A stretch of DNA of 64,000 nt, taken from NCBI GenBank assembly GCA_036555345.1, contig DATBLN010000181.1:5112-69111 (forward strand), in the 5' to 3' direction. A model generated the notes under the pieces. It did not search any database. It worked only from the letters and a program-made list of their open reading frames with translations, and was not told where the DNA came from. This DNA comes from Steroidobacteraceae bacterium (GTDB taxonomy: Bacteria > Pseudomonadota > Gammaproteobacteria > Steroidobacterales > Steroidobacteraceae). Of this stretch, positions 50,253 to 58,916 are shown piece by piece. A program made the translations under genes and the position numbers. Within the stretch, counting starts at the first letter, position 1. Every line of letters starts with the position of its first letter.

Positions 50253-52463
50253 ATGCTCCAGATTGCGCTCGCTTTCTGCGCCGGCGCCGCCGCCCTCATG
50301 CTCGTCCCGGGCCTCCCGCCGCCCGGGACGCTGGCGATCGGACTGCTGGCGGCGCTCGCGTGCCGCCGCCGGGCGCCCGCGCTCGCGGCCGCGCTGTGCG
50401 GATTCGCGTGGGCGGCGCTCTGTTGCGACGCGCAACTCGCCGATGACTGGCCCTGCGCGCGCGACCGCCAGGCGGTCGCCCTGACGGGCATCGTCTCGGC
50501 GCCCGCACTCGTGCGCGCGGGCCGCGCCGATTTCGACTTCGACGTGCGGACGCCGGGCCGCATGCGCGTGCGACTCGCGTGGTATGACGCACCGGAGGCG
50601 CCGGGCGCCGGGGAGTCCTGGTCGCTGACCGCGCGCCTGCGCTGCCGGCGCGGGCTCGTGAATCCCGGCGCCGCCGACCGTGAGCTTGCCCTGCTGCGCG
50701 CGGGCGTATCCGCCACCGGCTACATCCTCGCCGACCCGGCGCCGCGGCGTCTGCCGGGGGACGCCCCGCGTCCCGTCGAGAGGCTGCGCGAACGGGTCGC
50801 GGCCGGCATCGCCCGGGCGCTGGCGGACGGGCCCTCGGAGACCGTGCTGCAGGGACTGGCGGTCGGCGTGCGCGGGAACATCCCGGACGAACTGTGGGAT
50901 GCGTTCGCGGCGACCGGCGTCGCCCACCTGATGGCGATCTCGGGCGTGCACGTGACCGGCTGCGCATTGTTCGCGCTGTGGGTCCTGCGCCGCGCGCGGC
51001 GTCTGCCGGGAGTCCGGCGCATCCCGCGCTGGCCCGTCATCGAGTCGGGCATCGTCGTCGCCGTGACTGCGGGCTACGCCTGGCTCTCCGGTGCGTCCGC
51101 CCCGGCGTTGCGGACGCTCGCGATGGTCGCCATCGCCGCGGCACTGCGGCTCACGCGCCGGCACTGGGGCCTGGCAGACACGCTCGCGCTCGCCGCCCTC
51201 TGCCTCGTGGCGGCGGATCCGCTCACGGTCACCGCCGCCGGCTTCTGGCTCTCGTTCGTGGCGACCGCGACGCTGTTCGCGGCGGCCCAGGAGGCGGGCG
51301 GCTGGGCCGGCCGCGCCGCAGACTTCGCGCGCGCGCAGGCGGCCATCCTCGCGACGCTCGCGCCCGTGCTGGCGGCCGCATTCGGGCGCGTCTCACTCGT
51401 CGCGCCGGTCGCGAACGCGATCGCGATCCCGCTGTTCGGCGCGCTGCTGCTGCCGGCGGTGCTGGCTGGCACGGTCCTCGAACTCGTCGCAGGCGGGGCC
51501 GGCGGACCGGTGTGGCGCGCGGCCGCGGCGTTGCTCGACCAGGCCTGGCCGGCGCTGCTCTCGATGAGCGCATGGCCATTCGCCGATTGGGCGCCCGCCA
51601 GGGTCCCGGGACCGCTGCTGGCCGCCGCCGGCGTCGTCTCGTTCGCCGCCCTGTGCGTGCCGGTCGCGGGGTTGCGGATGGCCGCCGCTGCCATGCTGGT
51701 CGCGACCCTCGCCGGCAGGCCGGGGAGGGTCGCGCAGGATAGCTGGTCGCTCACCGTGCTGGACGTCGGCCAGGGGCTCGCGGCCGTGGTCGAGACGCGT
51801 GCGCACACGCTCGTCTTCGACACCGGTCCGCGCTGGCGCGGCGGCGGCGCGGCCGCCGAGGTCAGCCTGCTTCCCTACCTGCGCGCGCGCGGCATCCGGC
51901 AGGTCGATCGCCTGGTCATCAGTCACCCGGACCAGGATCACGCGGGCGGCGCCGCGGCGCTCGCCAGGGCGCTGCCGGTCGTCGTGTCGCCTCCCTGCCG
52001 GCGCGGCGATCGCTGGCGCTGGGACGGCGTGGAGTTCCGCGTGCTGCACCCGCCGCCGGGCCTGCAGGCGAGCGACAACGATGGCTCCTGCGCACTCTCC
52101 GTCGCCGGCGCCGGGGGTCGAGCGCTCCTGCTCGCGGACCCGGAGTCGCGCGGCGAGGCGGCACTCCTCGGTGAGCCGGTGGCGGCGGACGTGGTCCTGC
52201 TCCCGCACCATGGCAGCCGCAGTTCGTCCGCGCCGGCACTCGTGGCCACCGTCGGGGCGCGGCTCGGCATCGCCTCGGCCGCCTTCGGCAACCGCTTCGG
52301 CATGCCGCATCGCGATGTCGTCGCGCGCTGGCGCGCCGGCGGCGCGACGGTGCTCACGACCGCCGAAGCGGGCGCGATCACCGTGCGGTTCGCCGGCGGC
52401 GCCCCGGCGGTGTCGACGGCGCGGTCCGAGCGGCGCTGGTGGCGGCCCGACGCGGCGCCCTGA
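50253..52463 (+). CDS. comEC: DNA internalisation competence protein ComEC/Rec2
   Basis: 736 aa. It has a polytopic competence domain (GVAHLMAISGVHV) and a C-terminal metallo-beta-lactamase domain (LVISHPDQDHAGG). Confidence 0.88.
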   Translation: MLQIALAFCAGAAALMLVPGLPPPGTLAIGLLAALACRRRAPALAAALCGFAWAALCCDAQLADDWPCARDRQAVALTGIVSAPALVRAGRADFDFDVRTPGRMRVRLAWYDAPEAPGAGESWSLTARLRCRRGLVNPGAADRELALLRAGVSATGYILADPAPRRLPGDAPRPVERLRERVAAGIARALADGPSETVLQGLAVGVRGNIPDELWDAFAATGVAHLMAISGVHVTGCALFALWVLRRARRLPGVRRIPRWPVIESGIVVAVTAGYAWLSGASAPALRTLAMVAIAAALRLTRRHWGLADTLALAALCLVAADPLTVTAAGFWLSFVATATLFAAAQEAGGWAGRAADFARAQAAILATLAPVLAAAFGRVSLVAPVANAIAIPLFGALLLPAVLAGTVLELVAGGAGGPVWRAAAALLDQAWPALLSMSAWPFADWAPARVPGPLLAAAGVVSFAALCVPVAGLRMAAAAMLVATLAGRPGRVAQDSWSLTVLDVGQGLAAVVETRAHTLVFDTGPRWRGGGAAAEVSLLPYLRARGIRQVDRLVISHPDQDHAGGAAALARALPVVVSPPCRRGDRWRWDGVEFRVLHPPPGLQASDNDGSCALSVAGAGGRALLLADPESRGEAALLGEPVAADVVLLPHHGSRSSSAPALVATVGARLGIASAAFGNRFGMPHRDVVARWRAGGATVLTTAEAGAITVRFAGGAPAVSTARSERRWWRPDAAP

Positions 52464-52507
52464 GGCGCGCGGGCAGGGGAGCGGCGCGCACGGTATCATG
52501 CCGCGCC

Positions 52508-53152
52508 ATGTGGGAAATCGTCATCGCGGGCGGCCCGGTCATGTGGCCGATCATGCTGTGCTCGGTCATCGCGGCGGCGATCATCCTGGAGCGCCTGTGG
52601 ACGCTCAAGCGCAAGCGCGTGATCCCGCGCGAGCTCACCGACCGGGTCTGGAAGCTGGTCGAGACGCGCACGCTGAACGACCGCCACATCGAGGCGCTCG
52701 CGCGCAACTCGCCGCTCGGGCGCGTCCTCGCCGCCGGGCTCGCGAACCGCCACCAGGGGCGCGAGATCATGAAAGAGGTGATCGAGGACACCGGCCGGCA
52801 CGTCGTGCACGAGCTGGAACGCTTCCTGAACCCGCTCGGCACGATCGCGGCCATCTCGCCGCTGCTCGGCCTGCTCGGCACGGTGACCGGCATGATCCAG
52901 GCCTTCGAGGCGATCACCTCGCAGGGGGTCGGCGACCCGCAGGTGCTGTCGGGCGGCATCGGCGAGGCGCTGATCACGACGGCCGCGGGGCTCATCGTCG
53001 CGATCCCGGCGCTGATCGGCTACCGCTATCTGCGCGGGCTCGTGGACTTCCTCGTGGTCGAGATGGAGAAGGAGGCCATGAAGCTGGTGCAGGCCATGGA
53101 CCGCATGGGCGCACAGGCGGCGCCGGCGCGCCGGCGCGAAGCGGCCTCATGA
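52508..53152 (+). CDS. exbB: MotA/TolQ/ExbB-family proton channel
   Basis: 214 aa from ATG 52508. LGTIAAISPLLGLLGTVTGMIQAF and GIGEALITTAAGLIVAIPA are typical of the family. Confidence 0.88.
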   Translation: MWEIVIAGGPVMWPIMLCSVIAAAIILERLWTLKRKRVIPRELTDRVWKLVETRTLNDRHIEALARNSPLGRVLAAGLANRHQGREIMKEVIEDTGRHVVHELERFLNPLGTIAAISPLLGLLGTVTGMIQAFEAITSQGVGDPQVLSGGIGEALITTAAGLIVAIPALIGYRYLRGLVDFLVVEMEKEAMKLVQAMDRMGAQAAPARRREAAS

Positions 53153-53574
53153 GGCTGCAGAGCAAGCGCGCGGAGGACCCGGAGCTCAACTTGACGTCGC
53201 TGATCGACGTCGTCCTGCTGCTCGTGATCTTCTTCATGGTGTCGACGACGTTCGTGCAGGAAGGCAGGCTGCGCGTGGACCTGCCGGAGGCCGGCGCCAC
53301 CCGCGCCGCGGAACCGCGCGAGCGCCCGATCGTCGTCACCATCACGGCCCAGGGCAGCTACCGCATCGACGACCGGGCGCTCGTCAACAACGAGCGCGAA
53401 ACGCTGTTCGCGGGGCTGCGCCAGGTCGCGGGCGAGAACCGGACGCGACCCGTGACGATCCGCGCGGATGCGCGGGCGACCCACCAGTCGGTGGTCACGG
53501 CCATGGACGTGACGGCCCGTCTCGGATTCACGCAGGTCAACATTGCGACCGTCAGCCAGCAAGCAGAAGAATGA
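53149..53574 (+). CDS. exbD: ExbD/TolR-family biopolymer transport protein
   Basis: ATGA overlap with the exbB stop. LNLTSLIDVVLLLVIFFMV is typical of the family. Confidence 0.88.
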   Translation: MRLQSKRAEDPELNLTSLIDVVLLLVIFFMVSTTFVQEGRLRVDLPEAGATRAAEPRERPIVVTITAQGSYRIDDRALVNNERETLFAGLRQVAGENRTRPVTIRADARATHQSVVTAMDVTARLGFTQVNIATVSQQAEE

Positions 53575-55324
53575 CCGCGGCCTGCCGCCGCTGACCGCCA
53601 GCGGGCTCGCGATCTACCGGCGCCTGCTCGGCTACGCGCGCCCGCACTGGGCGATGTTCCTGCTGGGCGTGGCGGGGATGATCCTGTTCGCGGCCGTCGA
53701 CACGGGCCTCGCCTGGCTCGTCAAGAAGTTCCTGGACGGGGCATTCATCGAGCGTGACAGCCGCGTGCTGACGCTGGTGCCCGCGGCCATCATCGCGCTG
53801 TTCCTGGCCCGCGGCGCCGGCGATTACCTCTCGGTGTACGCACCCGGCTGGGTCGGCCGGCAGGTCATCAAGGCCATGCGCCGCGACCTTTACGCGCGCT
53901 ACCTCGAGCTGCCGACGGCGTTCTTCGACCGCCACGGCGCGGCTCCGCTGCTGTCACGCCTGACCTACAACATCGAACTGGTCGCGGAGGCGGCCACGAC
54001 GGCCGTGACATTCCTGATCCGCGACACACTGACGATCGCGGGCCTGCTCGGCTACCTGCTGTGGCTCAACTGGCGCCTGACCGCCTTCGCGCTCGCGGTG
54101 TCGCCGCTGATCGTGGGCCTCATGCGGGTCACCAGCCGCCTGTTCCGGCGGTACAGCATGCGCATCCAGGCGTCGATGGGGGACGTCACGCGGGTCGCCA
54201 AGGAATCGCTCGAGAGCCACCGCATGATCAAGGTCTTCAATGCCGAGCGGCAGCAGCTCGCGGCTTTCGAGCGCGTCAACGAGCGCAACCGCGCGAGCTA
54301 CATGAAGCTCATCGTGGTGCGGGCCGTTTCGAACCCGGTGGTCCAGCTCATCGCGGCCCTCGGGCTTGCCGCCGTCATGTATGTCGCGATCCGGGACGTC
54401 CTGGCGCGCGGGCTCTCGGTCGGCGAATTCACGTCGTTCCTCACGGCGCTGCTGCTGATGACCGCACCGCTGCGGCGGATCGTGAGCGTCGTGAGCCCGT
54501 TGCAGCAGGGCATCGCGGCCGGGGAGAGCGTGTTCGAGATCCTGGACACGCCGGCCGAGGATGCCGGCGGCAGCCGGCGGATCGCGCGCGCGCGCGGCGA
54601 GGTCGAGTTCCGCGGCGTCAGCTTCACCTACGAGGCGGACAAGGGAGAAGTCCTGCGCGAGGTCGCGTTCCGCGCCGCGCCCGGCGAGACGGTCGCGATC
54701 GTGGGTCGCTCCGGCAGCGGCAAGTCCACGCTCGTGAGCCTGCTGCCGCGCCTGCACGACCCGGATGCCGGCGCGGTGCTGCTGGACGGCTTCGACCTGC
54801 GCGAGTACCGGCTCGAGGACCTGCGCCGCCAGATCAGCGTGGTCAGCCAGGAGGTCGTGCTGCTCGACGACACGATCCGCAACAACATCGCCTTCGGCAT
54901 GGACCGGGCCGGCCCGGCCGCGATCGAGCAGGCAGCGCGGGCGGCGCACGTGCTCGACTTCGCCGGGGACATGCCGGGCGGTCTTGACGCGGCCGTCGGC
55001 GAACGCGGCACACTGCTGTCCGGCGGCCAGCGGCAGCGCGTCGCGATCGCGCGCGCACTCCTGAAGGATGCGCCCGTCCTGATCCTGGACGAGGCCATGT
55101 CCGCGCTCGACGCGGAATCCGAGCGCGTGATCCAGGACGCGCTCGCGAGCCTGGTGAGCGGGCGTACCACGCTCGTGATCGCGCACCGGCTGTCCACGAT
55201 CGAGCATGCGGACCGGATCATCGTGCTGGACGGCGGGCGCATCGTGGAGTCCGGCACGCACGCCACGCTGCTCGCGGCCAACGGCGTCTACGCGGCACTG
55301 CACCGCATGCAGTTCAACGTCTAG
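53543..55324 (+). CDS. msbA: lipid A export ATP-binding/permease protein MsbA
   Basis: It has a six-TM ABC exporter domain plus an NBD (GRSGSGKSTLVSLL, LSGGQRQRVAIARAL). TTG 53543 is the only start upstream of the conserved N-terminus and overlaps exbD by 32 nt. Confidence 0.9.
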   Translation: MRPSASKQKNDRGLPPLTASGLAIYRRLLGYARPHWAMFLLGVAGMILFAAVDTGLAWLVKKFLDGAFIERDSRVLTLVPAAIIALFLARGAGDYLSVYAPGWVGRQVIKAMRRDLYARYLELPTAFFDRHGAAPLLSRLTYNIELVAEAATTAVTFLIRDTLTIAGLLGYLLWLNWRLTAFALAVSPLIVGLMRVTSRLFRRYSMRIQASMGDVTRVAKESLESHRMIKVFNAERQQLAAFERVNERNRASYMKLIVVRAVSNPVVQLIAALGLAAVMYVAIRDVLARGLSVGEFTSFLTALLLMTAPLRRIVSVVSPLQQGIAAGESVFEILDTPAEDAGGSRRIARARGEVEFRGVSFTYEADKGEVLREVAFRAAPGETVAIVGRSGSGKSTLVSLLPRLHDPDAGAVLLDGFDLREYRLEDLRRQISVVSQEVVLLDDTIRNNIAFGMDRAGPAAIEQAARAAHVLDFAGDMPGGLDAAVGERGTLLSGGQRQRVAIARALLKDAPVLILDEAMSALDAESERVIQDALASLVSGRTTLVIAHRLSTIEHADRIIVLDGGRIVESGTHATLLAANGVYAALHRMQFNV

Positions 55325-55346
55325 GGAGCCCCCGATCCGCCCGCGG

Positions 55347-56351
55347 ATGCACGACTGGTTCCTCGAAACCTGGTACGGGGACACCGGCCGCGGCCGCTGG
55401 CTGGCACCGCTCGCCTGGATCTTTGCCGCCGCGTCGCGACTGCGCCGGGCGCTGTACCGGCGCGGCTGGTTCCCGTGCTACCGCGCCGGGCGCCCGGTGG
55501 TGATCGTCGGCAACCTGACCGCCGGTGGCACCGGCAAGACCCCACTCGTCGAATGGCTCGCCCGCCGGCTCACGGAACGTGGCCTGCGGGTCGGCATCGC
55601 GCTGCGCGGCTACCGCGGGAGCGGCGGCGCGCGCCGCATCGCATCGGGGGAGGGCGCGGCATCGGCAGGCGACGAAGCGGTCATGCTCGCGCGCGCGCTC
55701 GACCTTCCGGTCGCGATCGGGGCGCGGCGCGCGGAGGCCGTGCGGCTGCTCGAGCCGGACTGCGATCTCGTGCTCTGCGACGACGGCCTGCAGCACCATG
55801 CGTTGCAGCGGGATCTCGAGATCGCGGTCGTCGACGGCGCGCGTGGCTTCGGCAACGGCCGGCTGCTCCCGGCCGGGCCGCTGCGCGAACCGGCCGCGCG
55901 GCTCGAGCGCCTGGATGCGGTGGTCGTGAATGGCGAAGGATTCTCGCGGCCCGGGGCGCTGCGGATGCGTCTCGAGCCACGGGCGGTGGTCTCGCTCGAC
56001 GGACGCGAGCGGCGGGCGCTCGCCGACTTCGCAGGACGCCCGGTCATCGCCGCCGCGGCGATCGGCCATCCCGCGCGGTTCTTCGCGATGCTGCGCGAGG
56101 CCGGGCTGCAGCTGGAGGAGCATGCGTTGCCGGATCACGCGGCCATCCCGTCCCGGGCGCTCGGCGAGCGGCGTGGTCGTCCCGTGCTGATGACGGCCAA
56201 GGATGCCGTAAAATGCGCAAGCGACGGCTGGCAGGACGCCTGGGTCGTCGAAGTCGAGGCCCGCGTGCAGGAACCCGGCGCGACGGAACTCGTCAATCGG
56301 ATCGCACGCCTCGCCGCGGCCCGGCCGCAAGGTATCGTCGCCCGTGACTGA
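55347..56351 (+). CDS. lpxK: tetraacyldisaccharide 4'-kinase
   Basis: 334 aa from ATG 55347. The P-loop is VGNLTAGGTGKTP. Confidence 0.9.
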   Translation: MHDWFLETWYGDTGRGRWLAPLAWIFAAASRLRRALYRRGWFPCYRAGRPVVIVGNLTAGGTGKTPLVEWLARRLTERGLRVGIALRGYRGSGGARRIASGEGAASAGDEAVMLARALDLPVAIGARRAEAVRLLEPDCDLVLCDDGLQHHALQRDLEIAVVDGARGFGNGRLLPAGPLREPAARLERLDAVVVNGEGFSRPGALRMRLEPRAVVSLDGRERRALADFAGRPVIAAAAIGHPARFFAMLREAGLQLEEHALPDHAAIPSRALGERRGRPVLMTAKDAVKCASDGWQDAWVVEVEARVQEPGATELVNRIARLAAARPQGIVARD

Positions 56352-56535
56352 GAAGCTGACCGACATCCTCGCCTGCCCGGTCTGCAAGGGACCGCTGCAT
56401 CGCCACCGCGACCCGGAGGAACTCGTCTGCCGTGCGGATCGCCTCGCGTACCCGGTCCAGGACGGCATCCCGGTCATGCTGCCCGACGAGGCGCGCCGGC
56501 TGGCGCCGGATGATCCGTTGCTGGCCGGGCGCTGA
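56344..56535 (+). CDS. ycaR: Trm112/YcaR-family small zinc-ribbon-like protein
   Basis: 63 aa. LACPVCKGPL...YPVQDGIPVMLPDEAR is present. It lies in the conserved lpxK-ycaR-kdsB position. The start is GTG and overlaps the lpxK stop. Confidence 0.8.
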   Translation: MTEKLTDILACPVCKGPLHRHRDPEELVCRADRLAYPVQDGIPVMLPDEARRLAPDDPLLAGR

Positions 56536-57303
56536 ATGTTCCGGGTCGCCATTCCGGCGCGCTACGGGTCGACGCGGCTGCCGGGCAAGCCGCTCGCGCT
56601 GCTCGCCGGCACGCCGATGATCCTGCACGTGCACCGGCTCGCGGAGCGTTCCGGGGCCCGGGAAGTCGTGGTCGCGACCGACGACGAGCGCATCCGCGCG
56701 GCCTGCGCCGCGGCGGGCGCCGACGTCGAAATGACCTCGCCGAAGCACCCGTCCGGCACCGACCGCATCGCGGAGCTCGCCGCGCGGCGAGGCTGGAGCG
56801 GCGACGCAGTCGTCGTCAACGTCCAGGCCGACGAGCCGATGCTGCCGCCGGCGCTCATCCGCCAGGCGGCCGAGCTGCTCGAGCGCGACGCGAGCGCGGA
56901 CGTCGCGACGCTCGCGGCGCCGGTGGAGAGCCTCGAGGAATACCTCGATCCCAATGTCGTCAAGCTGGTGACGCAGTCGAACGGCCGCGCGCTCTATTTC
57001 AGCCGCGCGCCCATTCCCTGGCACCGGGACGGCGCCCCGGCGGGGCTCGGGAGCCAGACGCGCTTCCGCGGGGCGCGCCGGCACCTCGGGATCTACGCCT
57101 ACCGCGTCGACGCGCTCGGCCGCCTCGCCGCCGCCCCGCCATCGGCGCTGGAGCGCGCGGAGAGCCTCGAGCAGCTGCGCGCGCTGCAGATGGGGCTCGC
57201 GATCGCCGTAGGGGACGCCCGGGCCCGCCCCGGTCCCGGCGTGGACACGCCGGACGACCTGGCGCACGTCGAGCGCCTGCTGCGGGAGGGCCGCCGCCCT
57301 TGA
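56536..57303 (+). CDS. kdsB: 3-deoxy-manno-octulosonate cytidylyltransferase (CMP-KDO synthetase)
   Basis: IPARYGSTRLPGKPL and VNVQADEPMLPP are typical of KdsB. Confidence 0.93.
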   Translation: MFRVAIPARYGSTRLPGKPLALLAGTPMILHVHRLAERSGAREVVVATDDERIRAACAAAGADVEMTSPKHPSGTDRIAELAARRGWSGDAVVVNVQADEPMLPPALIRQAAELLERDASADVATLAAPVESLEEYLDPNVVKLVTQSNGRALYFSRAPIPWHRDGAPAGLGSQTRFRGARRHLGIYAYRVDALGRLAAAPPSALERAESLEQLRALQMGLAIAVGDARARPGPGVDTPDDLAHVERLLREGRRP

Positions 57304-58445
57304 ACGAGGCGGCCGCGGGCGTCGCGCCCTTCCATGCCATGGTCATCAATCGCCTCGCCAACGAGCGCGAGCGGCGGGGGCTCCCCGTCATCCACATGGA
57401 GGTGGGCCAGCCGTCGGCCGGCGCGCCGCGGGCGGCCCTCGCGGCCGGGCAGCGCGCGCTCGCCGGGTTGCCGCAGGGATACTGGGAGAGCGGAGCGCTC
57501 GCGGAGCGCATCGCCCTGCACTACGCCGAGTCCTGCGGCCTCGCGATCGACCCGGAGCGGATCCTGCTGACGCCGGGCGCTTCCGGCGCGCTCGTGCTCG
57601 CCATCGCCGTGCTGTTCGGCCGCGGCGCGAGGGTCGCGCTGCCGCGGCCGGGCTACCCGGCTCACCGGAACGTCCTGCGCGCGCTCGGCCACGCGGTGGT
57701 CGACCTCGAATGCGGCCCTGATACGCGCTTCCAGCCGACCGCGGCCATGGTCGCCGCGCTCGACCCGGCGCCCGACGGGCTCATCCTCACGAGCCCGTCC
57801 AACCCCACGGGCACCATGCTGCCCCGTCAGGAGCAGGCCGCGATCGCGGAGGTCTGCCGCGCCCGCGGCATCCGCGTCATCGCGGATGAGACCTATCACG
57901 GGATCACCTATGCCGGGCGCGCCTGCTCGCTGCTGGAGGTCGACCCGGAGCCGGTGGTGGTCAACAGCTTTTCGAAGTACTGGTGCATGACGGGCTGGCG
58001 GCTCGGCTGGGCGGTCGCCCCCGCCGCGCTCGCGGAGGTGATGCGCCGCTTCGCGGGCAACCTCTTCCTGGTGCCGCCGACGCTCTCCCAGCATGTCGCG
58101 ATCGCCGCCATGGACGAACGCGCGGAACTTGAGGCGCACGTGGCGGACTACGCCCTGAACCGGCGGCGGCTGCTCGAGGCATTGCCCGCGCTCGGCATCG
58201 AGCGCATCGCGCCGCCGGACGGCGCGTTCTACGTCTACGCCGACATCGGCCACCTGACCGGCGACTCGCCGGCGTGGTGCCGGGAACTGCTCGAGGCGAC
58301 CGGCCTTGCGCTCACGACCGGCCTCGACTTCGATCCGGTGAACGGGGGCCGTTACCTGCGGCTGTCGTTCGCGGTATCCGGCGCCGAGGTGGAGCGCGCG
58401 ATCGCGCTGCTGGGCGGCTGGCTGCAGGGACGCAGGCGCGCATGA
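57300..58445 (+). CDS. PLP-dependent aminotransferase, class I/II fold
   Basis: 381 aa. The PLP-lysine region is NSFSKYWCMTGWRLGW. The start is TTG 57300 (TTGA overlap with the kdsB stop) or ATG 57339. Substrate is not assignable. Confidence 0.85.
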   Translation: MNEAAAGVAPFHAMVINRLANERERRGLPVIHMEVGQPSAGAPRAALAAGQRALAGLPQGYWESGALAERIALHYAESCGLAIDPERILLTPGASGALVLAIAVLFGRGARVALPRPGYPAHRNVLRALGHAVVDLECGPDTRFQPTAAMVAALDPAPDGLILTSPSNPTGTMLPRQEQAAIAEVCRARGIRVIADETYHGITYAGRACSLLEVDPEPVVVNSFSKYWCMTGWRLGWAVAPAALAEVMRRFAGNLFLVPPTLSQHVAIAAMDERAELEAHVADYALNRRRLLEALPALGIERIAPPDGAFYVYADIGHLTGDSPAWCRELLEATGLALTTGLDFDPVNGGRYLRLSFAVSGAEVERAIALLGGWLQGRRRA

Positions 58446-58915
58446 CGCAGCGCGTGCTGTTCGTCTGCCTCGGCAACATCTGCCGTTCGCCGACGGCGGA
58501 GGCGGTGTTCCGGGACCTGGTCACGCGGGAAGGGGCGGGACTCGACATCGAGGTGGCATCCGCGGGTACGCACGGCTACCACGCCGGAGAGCCGCCCGAC
58601 GCACGCGCCATCGATGCCGCCCTGCGCCGCGGCATCGACATGAGTCAGCAACGCGCACGCATGGTCGAGGCCGCCGATTTCGCCCGGTTCGACTTCGTGC
58701 TCGCGATGGATGAGCAGAATTTCCGGCGGCTGCAGCGGATCGCGCCGGCGGAGCACCGGCATCGGCTGCGGCTGTTCCTCGAATTCGCGCCGCACCTCGG
58801 CCGCCGGGACGTTCCCGACCCTTACTACGGCGGCCCCACCGGTTTCGAGGACGTGCTCGATCTCGTGGAGGAAGCGTCCCGCGGCCTGCTCGCGGCGCTG
58901 CGGCAGGCCGGGTGA
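58442..58915 (+). CDS. low-molecular-weight protein-tyrosine phosphatase
   Basis: ATGA overlap with the upstream stop. The active-site loop is VLFVCLGNICRSP, and the DP motif is VPDPYYG. Confidence 0.9.
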   Translation: MTQRVLFVCLGNICRSPTAEAVFRDLVTREGAGLDIEVASAGTHGYHAGEPPDARAIDAALRRGIDMSQQRARMVEAADFARFDFVLAMDEQNFRRLQRIAPAEHRHRLRLFLEFAPHLGRRDVPDPYYGGPTGFEDVLDLVEEASRGLLAALRQAG

Positions 58916-58916
58916 A

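Noticed and set aside
48171-51164. 997-aa minus-strand ORF antisense to lolE, lolD and comEC. Similar cases are the 852-aa ORF at 24287-26845 and the 784-aa ORF at 28405-30759.
   Set aside because: These are antisense to well-supported genes (lolE/lolD/comEC, lysS, sdhA/sdhB). They have no motifs and show the same GC-driven open frames.
52508-57303. exbB-exbD-msbA-lpxK-ycaR-kdsB as a possible novel envelope system
   Set aside because: Every component is a well-known family. To my knowledge this linkage is a recurring conserved arrangement in Xanthomonadales-type genomes, and nothing in the sequence departs from the standard domain content.
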